Shown: in pieces, positions 18,601 through 27,335 of the stretch | Layout: each line of letters opens with the position of its first letter | Position numbering within the stretch: position 1 is the stretch's first letter | Assembly (NCBI GenBank): GCA_965207225.1 | Contig: CBDBLV010000005.1 | Span: 1,536,001-1,600,000, forward strand | Length of the DNA: 64,000 bases | DNA from: Dehalococcoidia bacterium | GTDB lineage: Bacteria; Chloroflexota; Dehalococcoidia; Plut-88900 | Reading direction: 5' to 3' | Position numbers and translations under genes: made by a program | The notes under the pieces: generated by a model | What the model was told of the DNA's origin: nothing | What the model saw: only the letters and a program-made list of their open reading frames with translations | The model's database searches: none

Positions 18601-19449
18601 CTCCAGCGGCAATCCTCGTTCTCCGCGTTTGCGTATGACGTTTAGTACAGTTGCGGCGTCTTGCATTGTGCATACCTCTCTGTCGTATTGCGTCTTTGAC
18701 ACCTGCCCTCCTTCGCCATGTGCCGGGCTTTCCCCGGCTCGGACTACTATGAGGGCTCCGTAGCCGTAGGGGTCTCCCCCCTTAGGCCATCCCGCGTTCC
18801 GTTGACATAGGACGTTCTAGCGCGACTGTAGGTGCCCCGTTCGTTCCCTTCACTTGACCTCATCGGTCAATGTCCACTCATCGGGGGTGCATTGGTCACG
18901 TCAACAGGCCAATGCAATGAGCGGCGCCGGGTTACAGGCGTTTTACCGGCGGGTGAGGGCATCCACCAACTGGGAACTGGGGTTCAGGCAGTGTAGCTTT
19001 CACCGTATCGCGCGGGCCTTGCGGAACCAACCGTACAACGCCTTCAGGCTGTAGCCGCTTTACCGACATGCTACTTTCCCCCTAGGCTTTCGCTTTGAGG
19101 TAGGTCGGTTGGCCCAGAGATTTCCTCCGAATCTCTCCCGACTGAGCCGGGTATCCTATGCCGCGTGACGCGGCGCACTGACGTTGCCCTGGTAGACGAT
19201 CCTCTGGCCCATGACCCGGTTCTTTGTGTCCAGCAGCAGCACCCTCAGCTGCTCCTGGGCCAGGGGAATCATCTCGCCGCCCAGGAGCCGGAGCACGTCC
19301 CCGGGGCAGCCGATGGACGGAGCGCCCTCGATGTGCTCGGGCCGGATGTCTACCTCGTACCTCGCGGCCAGCTCCGAAAGAAGGCCCAGGTTGCTCCTCA
19401 GGGCCTCCAGCAGGGCCGCATCGCTTCCGCTTTTCTTCCTTGGTGCCAT
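15697..19449 (-). CDS. radC: RadC-like JAB domain protein, intron-split (exons 19449-19179 and 15935-15697)
   Basis: Spliced: QEQLRVLLLDTKNRV..YQGNVNSVAIRPAEVLRPAV..LVHNHPSGDPKPSAHD..LLDHVVIG. Confidence 0.92.
16141..16788 (-). CDS. DUF429-like predicted RNase H-fold nuclease (intron passenger)
   Basis: ILGFDPGG, AAGIDAP, ITEAHP, HRKDA..AVAAW acidic motifs; intact ORF. Confidence 0.75.
   Translation of the reverse strand: MTEPYGLILGFDPGGEGRSQGEFGWCICSTSNGTLHPPLETGLAKNAWDTLRQVKAALQRHYPTQQPPVLAAGIDAPLFWNPQGKRTVDSYLKQVLKPSGMANSVMHINSLPGACLAQGLLLGRHLREIWNFPITEAHPTVMLHLLHRSGQSDTTTQMVEHAIVGLAGHRKDATLSAVAAWAMLHEPHQWHNLYPKEHCPVQLIDPPISYWMPLP
16814..16858. repeat. Tandem 21-bp duplication
   Basis: TATGGAGTGTGTGGATTGTAC at 16814-16834 and 16835-16855, plus TAT. 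Confidence 0.95.
16858..18666 (-). CDS. ltrA: Group II intron reverse transcriptase/maturase with C-terminal Zn/HNH-like domain
   Basis: RPLGIPTWTDKLLQ, GTPQGGVVSPILSN, RYADDF, CELC..VHH..VCRPCH; start taken at MQDAATVL after GAGG. Confidence 0.95.
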   Translation of the reverse strand: MQDAATVLNVIRKRGERGLPLENIYRLLYNRNLYLRAYGRLYSNQGAMTKGTTAETVDSMSLAKVNRIIEALRYERFRWTPLRRVNLPKPNGGTRPLGIPTWTDKLLQEVLRMILEAYYEPQFSDHSHGFRPERGCHTALGDVVTHWTGVRWFVEGDIKGCFDNIDHEVLLSVLGEKLHDNRFLRLLKYLLKAGYTEDWKYNRTLSGTPQGGVVSPILSNVYLDRLDKYAETVLIPAHTRGTKRRVNLTWNNLRVRAIKARKKGNYVAAAQLRRESQRLPSTDPFDPTYRRLRYVRYADDFLLGFSGPKAEAEQIKASLETFLHDSLKLELSKDKTLITHATSQAAKFLGYELVNQQANDKLDRNGRRKVNGRIGLRVPAKVIEQHCHAYMRNGKPADRPMLTHDTDYSIVAQYQAEFRGVVQYYHLAQNVFRFGKLQWVMNKSLAKTLANKHKTTARKIFRRYNSTVQTEHGRRACLEVVVQREEGKPLLVARFGGIPLKRNRQATLVDRQPQRYRTERNELIKRLLADECELCEATADIEVHHIRALHDLNVKGQRPKPKWLQVMAARRRKTLVVCRPCHLIIHGGSWQPHKQVGKGSTT

Positions 19450-19490
19450 GTCGTTTCTCCTGTATTGGTTGAATGGGGCCGTGAAAGCAG

Positions 19491-19523
19491 CGGGGCCGCT
19501 CCCACGAATTGGGAGCGGCCCCG
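19491..19523 (-). terminator. 14-bp GC-rich hairpin downstream of ssb
   Basis: CGGGGCCGCTCCCA-CGAAT-TGGGAGCGGCCCCG; weak U-tract. Confidence 0.5.
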
Positions 19524-19574
19524 TGTTGCGACTGGCAGGGACTTGTGCCAGATGTCGGCTCGGGTCTCGACGAT

Positions 19575-19940
19575 TTAGAAGGGCGAGCCCTCGTCGTCGC
19601 CGTTGCCACTCGTCCCATTGCCGGAGTCGAGGAAGACGACCTCCCGGGCGTGGACCTCCGTGCGGCGGCGCTTTTGACCGTCCTCCGCCTCCCAGCAGTT
19701 CTGCACCAGCCGCCCCGCCACGTAGATGCGGTTGCCTTTCTCCACGTACTTGTTCACGGCCTCGGCCTGAGCGCTCCAGCACACTACGTCGTGCCAGTCG
19801 GTCTCGGTACTGCCGTCCTGCCTGCGCCGGTCGGTGGCGAGGCTGATGCGGGTGACGGCGGTGCCTCCGGGGGTGTAGCGCATCTCGGGCTGGGCTCCCA
19901 CTCGTCCCAGCAGCTCCACCTTGTTCACTGTCCTGGACAT
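19575..19940 (-). CDS. ssb: Single-stranded DNA-binding protein
   Basis: VNKVELLGRVG..TDWHDVVCW..KGNRIYVAGRL; acidic tail DDEGSPF. Confidence 0.95.
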   Translation of the reverse strand: MSRTVNKVELLGRVGAQPEMRYTPGGTAVTRISLATDRRRQDGSTETDWHDVVCWSAQAEAVNKYVEKGNRIYVAGRLVQNCWEAEDGQKRRRTEVHAREVVFLDSGNGTSGNGDDEGSPF

Positions 19941-20062
19941 CTCGGTCCTCCTTCTTGCAGCTAAGGGTTCACGTCAGACCTGAACCCGCCAAAAAAATGG
20001 CCTGGCCGATCTTCCCTTACTGGGAAGGGCGGCCAGGTGAGGCGCTCCCTGAAGGGAAGCGG

Positions 20063-20506
20063 CTATGCGACCCGGGCGAACTCGGCGTCGTGCTCGGAGA
20101 TCGATGGACGGACCAGCGGGACGGAACCCGACTCTCCTGGCATGTCGTCCTCCTCTCTTGCGAACCCCCTGAGGACGTGGGCTATGCCGTCCCCCAATCC
20201 TCTGATGAAGACCGGCTTTTCGTCCCCCAGCCTGTTCAGCCGGGGCTCCATGCCGCCCAAGCCCCGGCACTGGTCGACAATGTCCTCCAGGGGGGTACTC
20301 CTCCTGAGGTGAAGGGAAATCAGCCTACATGCAAGCTCGGTCACCCCCTGCTCGAAGGTGCCGCACTTTCCCATCCTTCCGAACACCTCGAAGGGCTCTC
20401 CATCGCCGTCCAGGGCCACCGTCAGGTACAGCTCGCCGTGGGAGGTGTCCAGCAAGGCGGTGCTGCTGGGGAGGGTGTGGGGCCTGGCCCGCAGCTCTCT
20501 ATTCAT
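20063..20506 (-). CDS. Stand-alone TSCPD-like domain (class II ribonucleotide reductase C-terminal-like)
   Basis: TSHGELYLTV..DGEPFEVF..GKCG..CRLISLHLR..IVDQCRG. Confidence 0.7.
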   Translation of the reverse strand: MNRELRARPHTLPSSTALLDTSHGELYLTVALDGDGEPFEVFGRMGKCGTFEQGVTELACRLISLHLRRSTPLEDIVDQCRGLGGMEPRLNRLGDEKPVFIRGLGDGIAHVLRGFAREEDDMPGESGSVPLVRPSISEHDAEFARVA

Positions 20507-20685
20507 TCAGTTCCTCCTTTCCGTTGCAGTGGGGACACGTGACCAGCCGGAGCCCGAACCTGGCCTGCGCCTTGGGGGTGTACTTCCCGTGTACCCGCCT
20601 GAAGACTTGGTGGGCCCTTTCGACGTCCTCGACCCCGACGGGCGCGTCTCCGGGGTACATGAACTGGTCGGAGACCTCATGGAGG

Positions 20686-22410
20686 CTGTCCCATAAGTGG
20701 GAAGTGACGGATAGCGCCCCGGCAGCTGTTCCGACGCGACATCTACGAAGAGATGAAGATGCCGCTTAGACCAGGGTTCGCTTTTACGACCCCAGCCGGG
20801 AAGTGATAGGGGAATGCTGGATTGAAGGGTGAGAGTTGTGTAGTAGCGGCAGTTGCTGTGAGAGAGTGGGGAGAGGCACTAGGCCGCGGATACTTGAGTG
20901 GAGGGGTCGGCTCCGGGTCTCCACGCCTTCCAGATAGTGCGGAGGTTGAAGGCGATGGCAAGCACCGTCCATTCGGCCTTCACGTTGGCAAGGCCACGCA
21001 ACAGGAACCTCCGAGCCCTCAGTTGTTCCTTAAAGATCCCGAAGACCGGTTCGACCAGGTACTTCCTCCGTTTGTAGGCCGTCGTGGCTGCCTCGGTAGA
21101 CATCCATTCTCTGTGAGCGCGCAGTACATGGTCGCGTGCCCCGATTTCTAGCTTGCGTCCCCGTGGGTAATCCTTGGTGCAGACCCCAAATGCGGGGCAA
21201 CTGCGGCAGGCCGAGGCAGAGGCTGCTCGGTATACCCGGACCGGCGTTCCGGCGTTTGTGGACGAGCTGGAGAAGCGCAATATCTTTCCATGAGGACAGA
21301 CGTACCTGTCGTTGCCCTCGTCATAGGTGAATCGGTCCTTGTGATAGGGATTGTCCAGTGGTCGGGCCATATCCGGCATTGCCACTTGCTGACCTTTACG
21401 GTGACTCGCCTCCAGGTTCCGGCCTCCACAATAACCGGCGTCTGCCAACGTCAACGGAGTCCTGGTTCCTGTAACACCCTCTGCCTGTTCCATCATCGGG
21501 GTCAACTGGAGGGCGTCATTGACTTGGTCCACAACGTCTACGGCGGTCAGCAGCATGCCGGTCGTCTGTCCGCCTGGTGCCAGCGGTGACACCATAGCTT
21601 GGGCGTTGTAGCTGGGCATGAAGCCCTGACGGGTCCTCATGAGTTTTGCATCCCGATCGGTGAGGTTGATGCGCTTGCGATTCCGCTCAGAAGCCAACTC
21701 GTCCATCGCATGACGAATCTGCTCCCTCAGCGTTTGCTTGTTGGCTAATTCTTCCGGCAGATGTAATGCGGGGGTATCCTCACCTGCTTCGTTCTGAGCT
21801 TCAAGGTCGGAGATCGCCTTCTCCACCCTGTTCAATAACCGACCCAACTCCCCCGCATCGTAGGTCCTATCTCTTGCCGCATTGGCCCCCACCTTAGTTC
21901 CGTCAACCGCCTGCACCGCCAGATCCACCAGCTTCATCGTCACCGCCGTGCGCACAGTGCGCTCGAACAGCTTCCTCATGGACTGCCTGTGTTCCTTGTA
22001 GAACCGCCACAAGGTGTTGTGGTCAGGATGCTGCCAGCCGGTCAGCCACAGATACGGTATCTGGTCCCGGCAGGCCGCCTCCAACTTGCGGCAGGAGCGC
22101 ACCCCGGTCATGAAACCGTACAGCCACACGCTCAACAAAGCGCGGGGATGGTAGGCCGGCGCTCCCATCGGGTCGCCGTCTATCTCCACGCCGAGTTCAG
22201 CCCAGCCTTCCCTATCCAGTGCGTCCACAAACTCGGCCACGAATCGGGCTGGATGGTCTAACGGCAACAGATCGTCAAGAGTCGGGGGCAACAGCCACAT
22301 CTGTTCTCGGTCCATATCTCGAAGCGGCATCTCCATCTCTCCTTCGTCGATGTCGCTTCAAAGGTACACCTAACAAGGTTCCATTCACCACTCCCCAACT
22401 TCTGAGACAG
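20686..22410 (-). mobile_element. IS1182-family insertion sequence
   Basis: Imperfect terminal IRs CTGTCTCAGAAGT / ACTTATGGGACAG around the transposase; ends uncertain by a few bp. Confidence 0.85.
20879..22336 (-). CDS. IS1182 family DDE transposase
   Basis: LLPPTLDDLLPLDHPARF, YHPRALL, AVDGTKVGANA, LADAGY, VEPVFG. Confidence 0.95.
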   Translation of the reverse strand: MEMPLRDMDREQMWLLPPTLDDLLPLDHPARFVAEFVDALDREGWAELGVEIDGDPMGAPAYHPRALLSVWLYGFMTGVRSCRKLEAACRDQIPYLWLTGWQHPDHNTLWRFYKEHRQSMRKLFERTVRTAVTMKLVDLAVQAVDGTKVGANAARDRTYDAGELGRLLNRVEKAISDLEAQNEAGEDTPALHLPEELANKQTLREQIRHAMDELASERNRKRINLTDRDAKLMRTRQGFMPSYNAQAMVSPLAPGGQTTGMLLTAVDVVDQVNDALQLTPMMEQAEGVTGTRTPLTLADAGYCGGRNLEASHRKGQQVAMPDMARPLDNPYHKDRFTYDEGNDRYVCPHGKILRFSSSSTNAGTPVRVYRAASASACRSCPAFGVCTKDYPRGRKLEIGARDHVLRAHREWMSTEAATTAYKRRKYLVEPVFGIFKEQLRARRFLLRGLANVKAEWTVLAIAFNLRTIWKAWRPGADPSTQVSAA

Positions 22411-22569
22411 GCTGTCCTCGATCTCCTCCCGCAGTTCCCGGTCCCCGATCCGGTCAACCTGGTACCAGAGCATGGCCAGGCCTTCGTCCATCCGGTCGGC
22501 CATTTCACTCGTCGTCTTGGTCATAGGCGCTCTCCTTTCTTCCGGTATGGAAGGGGCGTGGGCGGGATG

Positions 22570-23352
22570 CTAGGCCGCCTTCGCCTGCTCCGTCTCCTTT
22601 TCCTTGAGCTTCTTTGCTGCGGCCTCCACCAGGGGGTTGAGCTCCTCAACGGTCAGTTCCTCCAGGTCCTTGCCGGTCCTCTCCTTCACCGCCGTCTCCA
22701 CCTGCTCCACCCCGAATCCCTGCTCGGCGCCGAGGTTGATCAGTTCCACCCTGAGGGATGCCAGCTTGGAGCCGTCGATTCCGTCGCCCTGGCCCTCGCC
22801 CTTGGGGTTGGTCTTGGCATCCGCGGGCTTCGTCTTCTGGGCCGGGTCCCCGTACAGGCCGTTGCCGAACTGGACTCCGAAGCTCCTCAGCGCCCTCTTC
22901 ATTCCGTCGGTCACTGCGCCCTTGATGGCCGTGTCGTGACCGTCCTGGGTCTCCTCGGTCACAGGGTGGAACCCGACGTCGGTGCGGGGCTGGGCCCCGG
23001 AGACCGTGACCCGTACGGGGGCGCTGTAGCCCTGTGAGACCTTCACGTCGCCGGTCTTGGTGTCCACGACCTCGATGCGCCGCAGGGTGACGTCCCCTGC
23101 CAGTTCGTAACCCCAACCCCCGTACCCGAAGACCCTGTTGGCCTGGTCGATGACGATGTGGCCCTCCAGGTAGTCGTAGGCCCGCCCCGCCCGTCCCTTT
23201 CGCCGGGATACCAGGGCGGGGTCCAGGGGCTGGGAGAGGGCCTGTACGACCTTGGGAGAGAGGCCGTCCCAGGACAGCTCGTGCTCCCCGATGACGGCGG
23301 GGTCCTTGTGGACGCCGTTTACGGCGCCGTTCGCTTTTGCTCCGTTCTGCAT
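22570..23352 (-). CDS. Rad52/Rad22 family ssDNA-annealing protein
   Basis: YLEGHIVIDQANRVFGYGGW, KGAVTDGMKRALRSFGVQFGNGLY. Confidence 0.92.
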   Translation of the reverse strand: MQNGAKANGAVNGVHKDPAVIGEHELSWDGLSPKVVQALSQPLDPALVSRRKGRAGRAYDYLEGHIVIDQANRVFGYGGWGYELAGDVTLRRIEVVDTKTGDVKVSQGYSAPVRVTVSGAQPRTDVGFHPVTEETQDGHDTAIKGAVTDGMKRALRSFGVQFGNGLYGDPAQKTKPADAKTNPKGEGQGDGIDGSKLASLRVELINLGAEQGFGVEQVETAVKERTGKDLEELTVEELNPLVEAAAKKLKEKETEQAKAA

Positions 23353-23631
23353 TTCAGAGCTCCTTTCAACTGTTATTCCGAGGGCCGAGGCGGGACCCGG
23401 GTGGAGGGCCCGTAAGCGTCGCCTGACACCGCGGAGTGGTGTCAGGCGACGGCGCGCACTTTGGCGAAGTCGCCCCCATGCACGAGGACGCGCAGGGGCG
23501 CGGCGCGGCAGGGGCTGGGGAGGGAAGAGGTGGGGCGGGTAATCGAGGGGGATATGTGGGGAATGAGTTGGGAGGGGATGAGATGGAAAGAGGGGTGTTG
23601 GGGACTGCGTTGTGCCGGGTGGGGTGGCCCC

Positions 23632-24687
23632 CTACCGGGCGGCTAGTGCCGCCTTCTCTAGCAGGCGCAGGAAGAGGTCTTTACCCTGGGCAAGGGATGC
23701 AATCTCAGCAACGTCGCTCACTCCCCGGGGGAGGGTGACGCAGGCGGCCCTGGAACCTAGCAGGCCCATGAGGCAGGCCGCTGCCTCCAGACCAGCATCG
23801 TCCGAGTCGAAGGCGAGAAAGACCCGGGAGCAGCCCACGAGGGCTCCGGCGACCTTCTCAAGGCCCTTCGTTCCCAGGGCTGCACAGGCGGGGAGGCCCC
23901 ATTGGGCCAGGGTCAGCCAGTCCATAAGACCCTCCGTGAGAACAACCCACCGGGGAGCCCGCCCCAACCTCCCCAGGCCGAGGACCGGCTTGGGGCCGGG
24001 CGGGGCCTGGAACCGAGGCATGACGCCGGGGTCTATGGCTCTGCCCCCGAGCCAGTGGACTGTACCACCGACGACGTCAGGCAGGACCACCATGTCCGCA
24101 AATCTCTCGGCACCCCGGCCCAGGAAGAGCCCGGAGTCCTGCATGCTCTTCTCACAGAACCCCGCCGCCTCAAGGTGGCGGCGCAGACCCTGGCCCGGGG
24201 CGAATCCAACTCCCAGTCGGGATGCTACATCCAGGCCAATGCCCCTCGAGGCCAGGTATCCCCGGCCCTCGGAGCCTCGCCGAAGTTCCCTTGCATAGAA
24301 TCGGGCCGCTTCCGTCAGCAGGGCCGGGTTCCGGCGCGGAGGCGGATCCCATGTTGCGGGTGTTGGAACTCGCCTGGTCCGGGGCCTTTCACGGTCCCCG
24401 ATGCCGCCTCCCAGTCGACGTAGGGCCTCGGGAAGGTCGATCCCCTCCATCTTCTGCACGAAGTCCAGGACGTCGCCCCCGGCGCCGCAGCCGAAGCAGT
24501 AGAACCGCTCCGAGTCTCCGTACACCGTGAAGCTGCCCTCGCCTTCTTCATGGAAGGGACAGACGCCCTGGCGGACCCGACCCCGCCCCCTGAGCCGTAC
24601 CCCCGATTCCTCCACCACGTCGCCCAGGGCGTGACGGGCCTTGAGGGCCGGGATGTCGACGCGGGCCGGGGCTAGGACCATGACCAT
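23632..24687 (-). CDS. DnaG-like primase (CHC2 Zn finger + Toprim)
   Basis: CPFHEE..FYCFGCGAGGDV; LTEGLMD; AFDSDDAG. Confidence 0.9.
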   Translation of the reverse strand: MVMVLAPARVDIPALKARHALGDVVEESGVRLRGRGRVRQGVCPFHEEGEGSFTVYGDSERFYCFGCGAGGDVLDFVQKMEGIDLPEALRRLGGGIGDRERPRTRRVPTPATWDPPPRRNPALLTEAARFYARELRRGSEGRGYLASRGIGLDVASRLGVGFAPGQGLRRHLEAAGFCEKSMQDSGLFLGRGAERFADMVVLPDVVGGTVHWLGGRAIDPGVMPRFQAPPGPKPVLGLGRLGRAPRWVVLTEGLMDWLTLAQWGLPACAALGTKGLEKVAGALVGCSRVFLAFDSDDAGLEAAACLMGLLGSRAACVTLPRGVSDVAEIASLAQGKDLFLRLLEKAALAAR

Positions 24688-25148
24688 GACCCGCCTCCCC
24701 TCCCCAGGGACCTGAGTCCCCGGAGGCTGCCCCTGGAGACCACCTTGCCGGGAAGCCACTTCATCCCAAGGACGGCGACGACCTCGAGCGTATTACAACC
24801 GTGGGGAACCAGGGCAGCAGCCCTGCCGGAACCGGGGCTGTAGAGCAGTACATCCTTCTTCCCGAACCGGCGCCGAACCAGGTCCTGCCACTCGGAGTAC
24901 GCCCAGCAGGCCTCCTTCACGGACGCCTTAGTAGTGTCTACGCGGGAGACCACGGCGAGGGCGCCATCCAGATCCCCGGCCTTTCTCAGCCTCCGGGCGT
25001 CGTGAATGCTGCGGGCCACCGTCGCCGGCGCCTGTACTTCTTTCTCCTCCACCCCGAACAGGGCATCGATCACCCTGTCAACCAGCTCCTCCAGCCTGGA
25101 CTGGGATCTCCCTACTCCGTTCTCAATTGCCATCGCCTGCGTTGTCAT
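24672..25148 (-). CDS. Hypothetical protein
   Basis: AAGGAG RBS, overlaps primase start. Confidence 0.6.
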   Translation of the reverse strand: MTTQAMAIENGVGRSQSRLEELVDRVIDALFGVEEKEVQAPATVARSIHDARRLRKAGDLDGALAVVSRVDTTKASVKEACWAYSEWQDLVRRRFGKKDVLLYSPGSGRAAALVPHGCNTLEVVAVLGMKWLPGKVVSRGSLRGLRSLGRGGGSWSWS

Positions 25149-25186
25149 AACGAGCTCCTTTCCTTCTTCTCCAGAGTTTTTCTCTC

Positions 25187-25399
25187 TTACCTTCGGCCTA
25201 TGAGCTTGAGGGCGTGCCTGACCAGCAGGAACCAGGAGAACATCCCCAGCCCGTTGAGGGCGAAGACCTCCAGGCTCCACGTGATTGCCAGCGGCGCCAG
25301 CAGCAGGACTGCCAGGACCGCCCACTTGAACCTCACCAGGCACCGGCCCGCCCCGAGGGCAAGGCCCATGACCGTGGCGACCAATCCGAGAACTTGCAT
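25187..25399 (-). CDS. Small membrane protein
   Basis: AAGGAGG RBS; hydrophobic 70 aa. Confidence 0.6.
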   Translation of the reverse strand: MQVLGLVATVMGLALGAGRCLVRFKWAVLAVLLLAPLAITWSLEVFALNGLGMFSWFLLVRHALKLIGRR

Positions 25400-26014
25400 T
25401 CGGACCTCCTTTGCTTTCGTTCGCACCGCGCGGGCGGAGCGAGACGTAGCTTGACTGGGGACTAAACATGGACTTGTTCCTCCCTTGACCAGATGCTCTA
25501 TGCGGGGTATGAAGGGCTGGTTCTGGCCCGGAAGCCGAGGCACCGTCGAGGCGTTACATGGTGTGGGCGGGAGGGATGAACAGGGCACAGCCGTTTCCTG
25601 GGGTAATGGAATGACCGGGTCCGTGGTCAATCAGGTGTGGGGTGCGGCTGGGCGTGATGAACCGGCCGGGATGCGGTGCGCAGCTCGACCAGGGTCTTAC
25701 GGGGTCGAAGAAGGAAACCAACTCCGACTTCGGCGGACGTGTCCCTCGGGTATGACTGTCAGGAGAGCGAGGCTCAATCCTTCCGGTCGGGGCCCAGGGA
25801 GGCTGTTCGGGGAGCAGAGGCTCGACCCTATGCAGCCGGTCCCGGGTTCGTGGGACGGAAACCCTCCAGGTTTCTAAGGAAGGAAACGCTGGAAAAATCC
25901 ATACGACAATTTCAGTTTTGCTGACGGACGGGGCTGAGGCAAGGAATTCTATGGCTTTGGGGCAAGTGATCGGCGCAGAAGGTAAGAAATTGAAGCACCC
26001 CACACCCCTCCCCC

Positions 26015-26881
26015 CTACTTCCGCCACAATCCCAGTGTCAAGACCCTGCGCACCCACCGCAGCATCTTCCGCCTCCTCAAGGCCATCCGGGTGTCGTGCA
26101 GGGCCTTGTGCCGCCACCGGGTCTGGCCCCGGCGTCCGAACCCCCGCAGGGGCTGGGTCTCGGGTGGGAGGGTCAGACCGTGCTCCTCCAGCATGGCCAG
26201 TTCAAGGACCAGAAGCCTCTCCTCGTTTTCAAGCCACGACAGAGACTTCCCCTGGTGGGGATGTCCGTCCCTAAGCCGGCGCCATTCCTCAACCAGGGGC
26301 CATGCGAGGCCGAACACCTCGGGGTCGTCCTCGGCGGTTTGCTCGGTGACCAACTCGGGGTCCTCCCTGCGCAGCTTTCGCCTCGGCCTGGCGCCCAACC
26401 CTTCCACCGACGGTACGTCGCCGCGGCCCAGACCATCCTCATCCCTTGTCCCGGGCACACCGGATTCCGGGGTCCGGCCTCCCTCATCGTCCTCATTTCC
26501 TTTCTCCACGGCCTTCTCCGACTGCCGGCTGTCGGGGCCCGTCCCTTCAACGGGCACCTGCGGAGTCTCCTCGGTCTCCCACAACCCCGCCACATTTTCT
26601 TCCAGCTGCTCGACCCGCTCTGCCAGGCTTCTCTCCCCGGGCCTCTCTTCACTCTCCGCCTCCCCACCCTCCAGCAGCCTATCCAGGGCGCCGGCCATGT
26701 GGTCGGTAATGGTTCCCGAATCGTGGGCCCGCCGCACGGTCTTGCGGTCGACCCCCAGAAGACGGGCTGTGCCCGCCTTACCTTCCTTCTTCACCAGGTC
26801 CCGGAGCATCGAGAGGAGATCTCTGCGTCTTTCTGCGTCGGCCCCGGCATCGCCATTCATATTCACCTGCTTGCCATCCAT
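26015..26881 (-). CDS. Hypothetical HTH/coiled-coil protein, paralog 4
   Basis: TARLLGVDRKTV; C-terminal domain shared with 2609-3472. Confidence 0.75.
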   Translation of the reverse strand: MDGKQVNMNGDAGADAERRRDLLSMLRDLVKKEGKAGTARLLGVDRKTVRRAHDSGTITDHMAGALDRLLEGGEAESEERPGERSLAERVEQLEENVAGLWETEETPQVPVEGTGPDSRQSEKAVEKGNEDDEGGRTPESGVPGTRDEDGLGRGDVPSVEGLGARPRRKLRREDPELVTEQTAEDDPEVFGLAWPLVEEWRRLRDGHPHQGKSLSWLENEERLLVLELAMLEEHGLTLPPETQPLRGFGRRGQTRWRHKALHDTRMALRRRKMLRWVRRVLTLGLWRK

Positions 26882-27156
26882 GAGTCGGTCTCCTCTCTGT
26901 TACGTCCTGTAGGGGACCTTTCGACAGGGTTTTCCTTCTTTCGCCTTGCATCGCTTGCCGGGCCGCAATCGCACCTCGTCATTTCGGGCGGCTATTTCGG
27001 TGGCCCACGTGGGCCACCATGCCCCACATCCGTGGAACAGAGCCGCACCTAAATCCACTTGCTTCATCGCCTCAAATGTCCCCTTTCCCCACCGGTTTTA
27101 GCCACAAAATGGCCCATATCCCCAGGTGTGGGACAGAAATCAAATTCCTGTACACC

Positions 27157-27228
27157 CCAATGACATCACAAAAGGGCCACCGGAGGGCAGGCCTTGTGAG
27201 GGGGGCTCGCGCGGAGGCCCCCCTCACA
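27157..27228. other. Conserved cis-element copy 2, candidate oriT
   Basis: CCAATGACATCACA, then TGTGAGGGGGG..CCCCCCTCACA hairpin 27195-27228, between divergent leading and tra regions. Confidence 0.45.
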
Positions 27229-27335
27229 GACCATTCCTAAGCGGTTGAGGAGTCCCCAAACTCGATTGCACACGTTCAGCCAGTACACCGAGGAGGAGAC
27301 ACGGTTTGTCACCGAGATCAGTTGGCAGAGAGATC

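Larger units (their letters stand above)
15936..19178 (-). mobile_element. Group II intron 2 (IIB-like), full length, with passenger gene in domain IV
   Basis: 5' GTGCGCC at 19178; DV GAGAGCCGGATGCGGTGAAAGCTGCACGTCCGGTTCGG near 16034-15997; DVI ending CCTACCCTAC at 15936; EBS1/EBS2 match the exon. Confidence 0.92.
20499..22524 (-). pseudogene. Small hypothetical gene interrupted by IS1182
   Basis: MTKTTSE..EEIEDSL joins in frame to HEVSDQF..TCPHCNGKEELNE* once the IS is removed. Confidence 0.7.

Noticed and set aside
11656-18666. The two RTs as retron, DGR or CRISPR-associated RTs
   Set aside because: Both have maturase and C-terminal nuclease-like domains, canonical GTGCG starts, DV/DVI and exons that rejoin in frame; no TR/VR pair or cas genes seen
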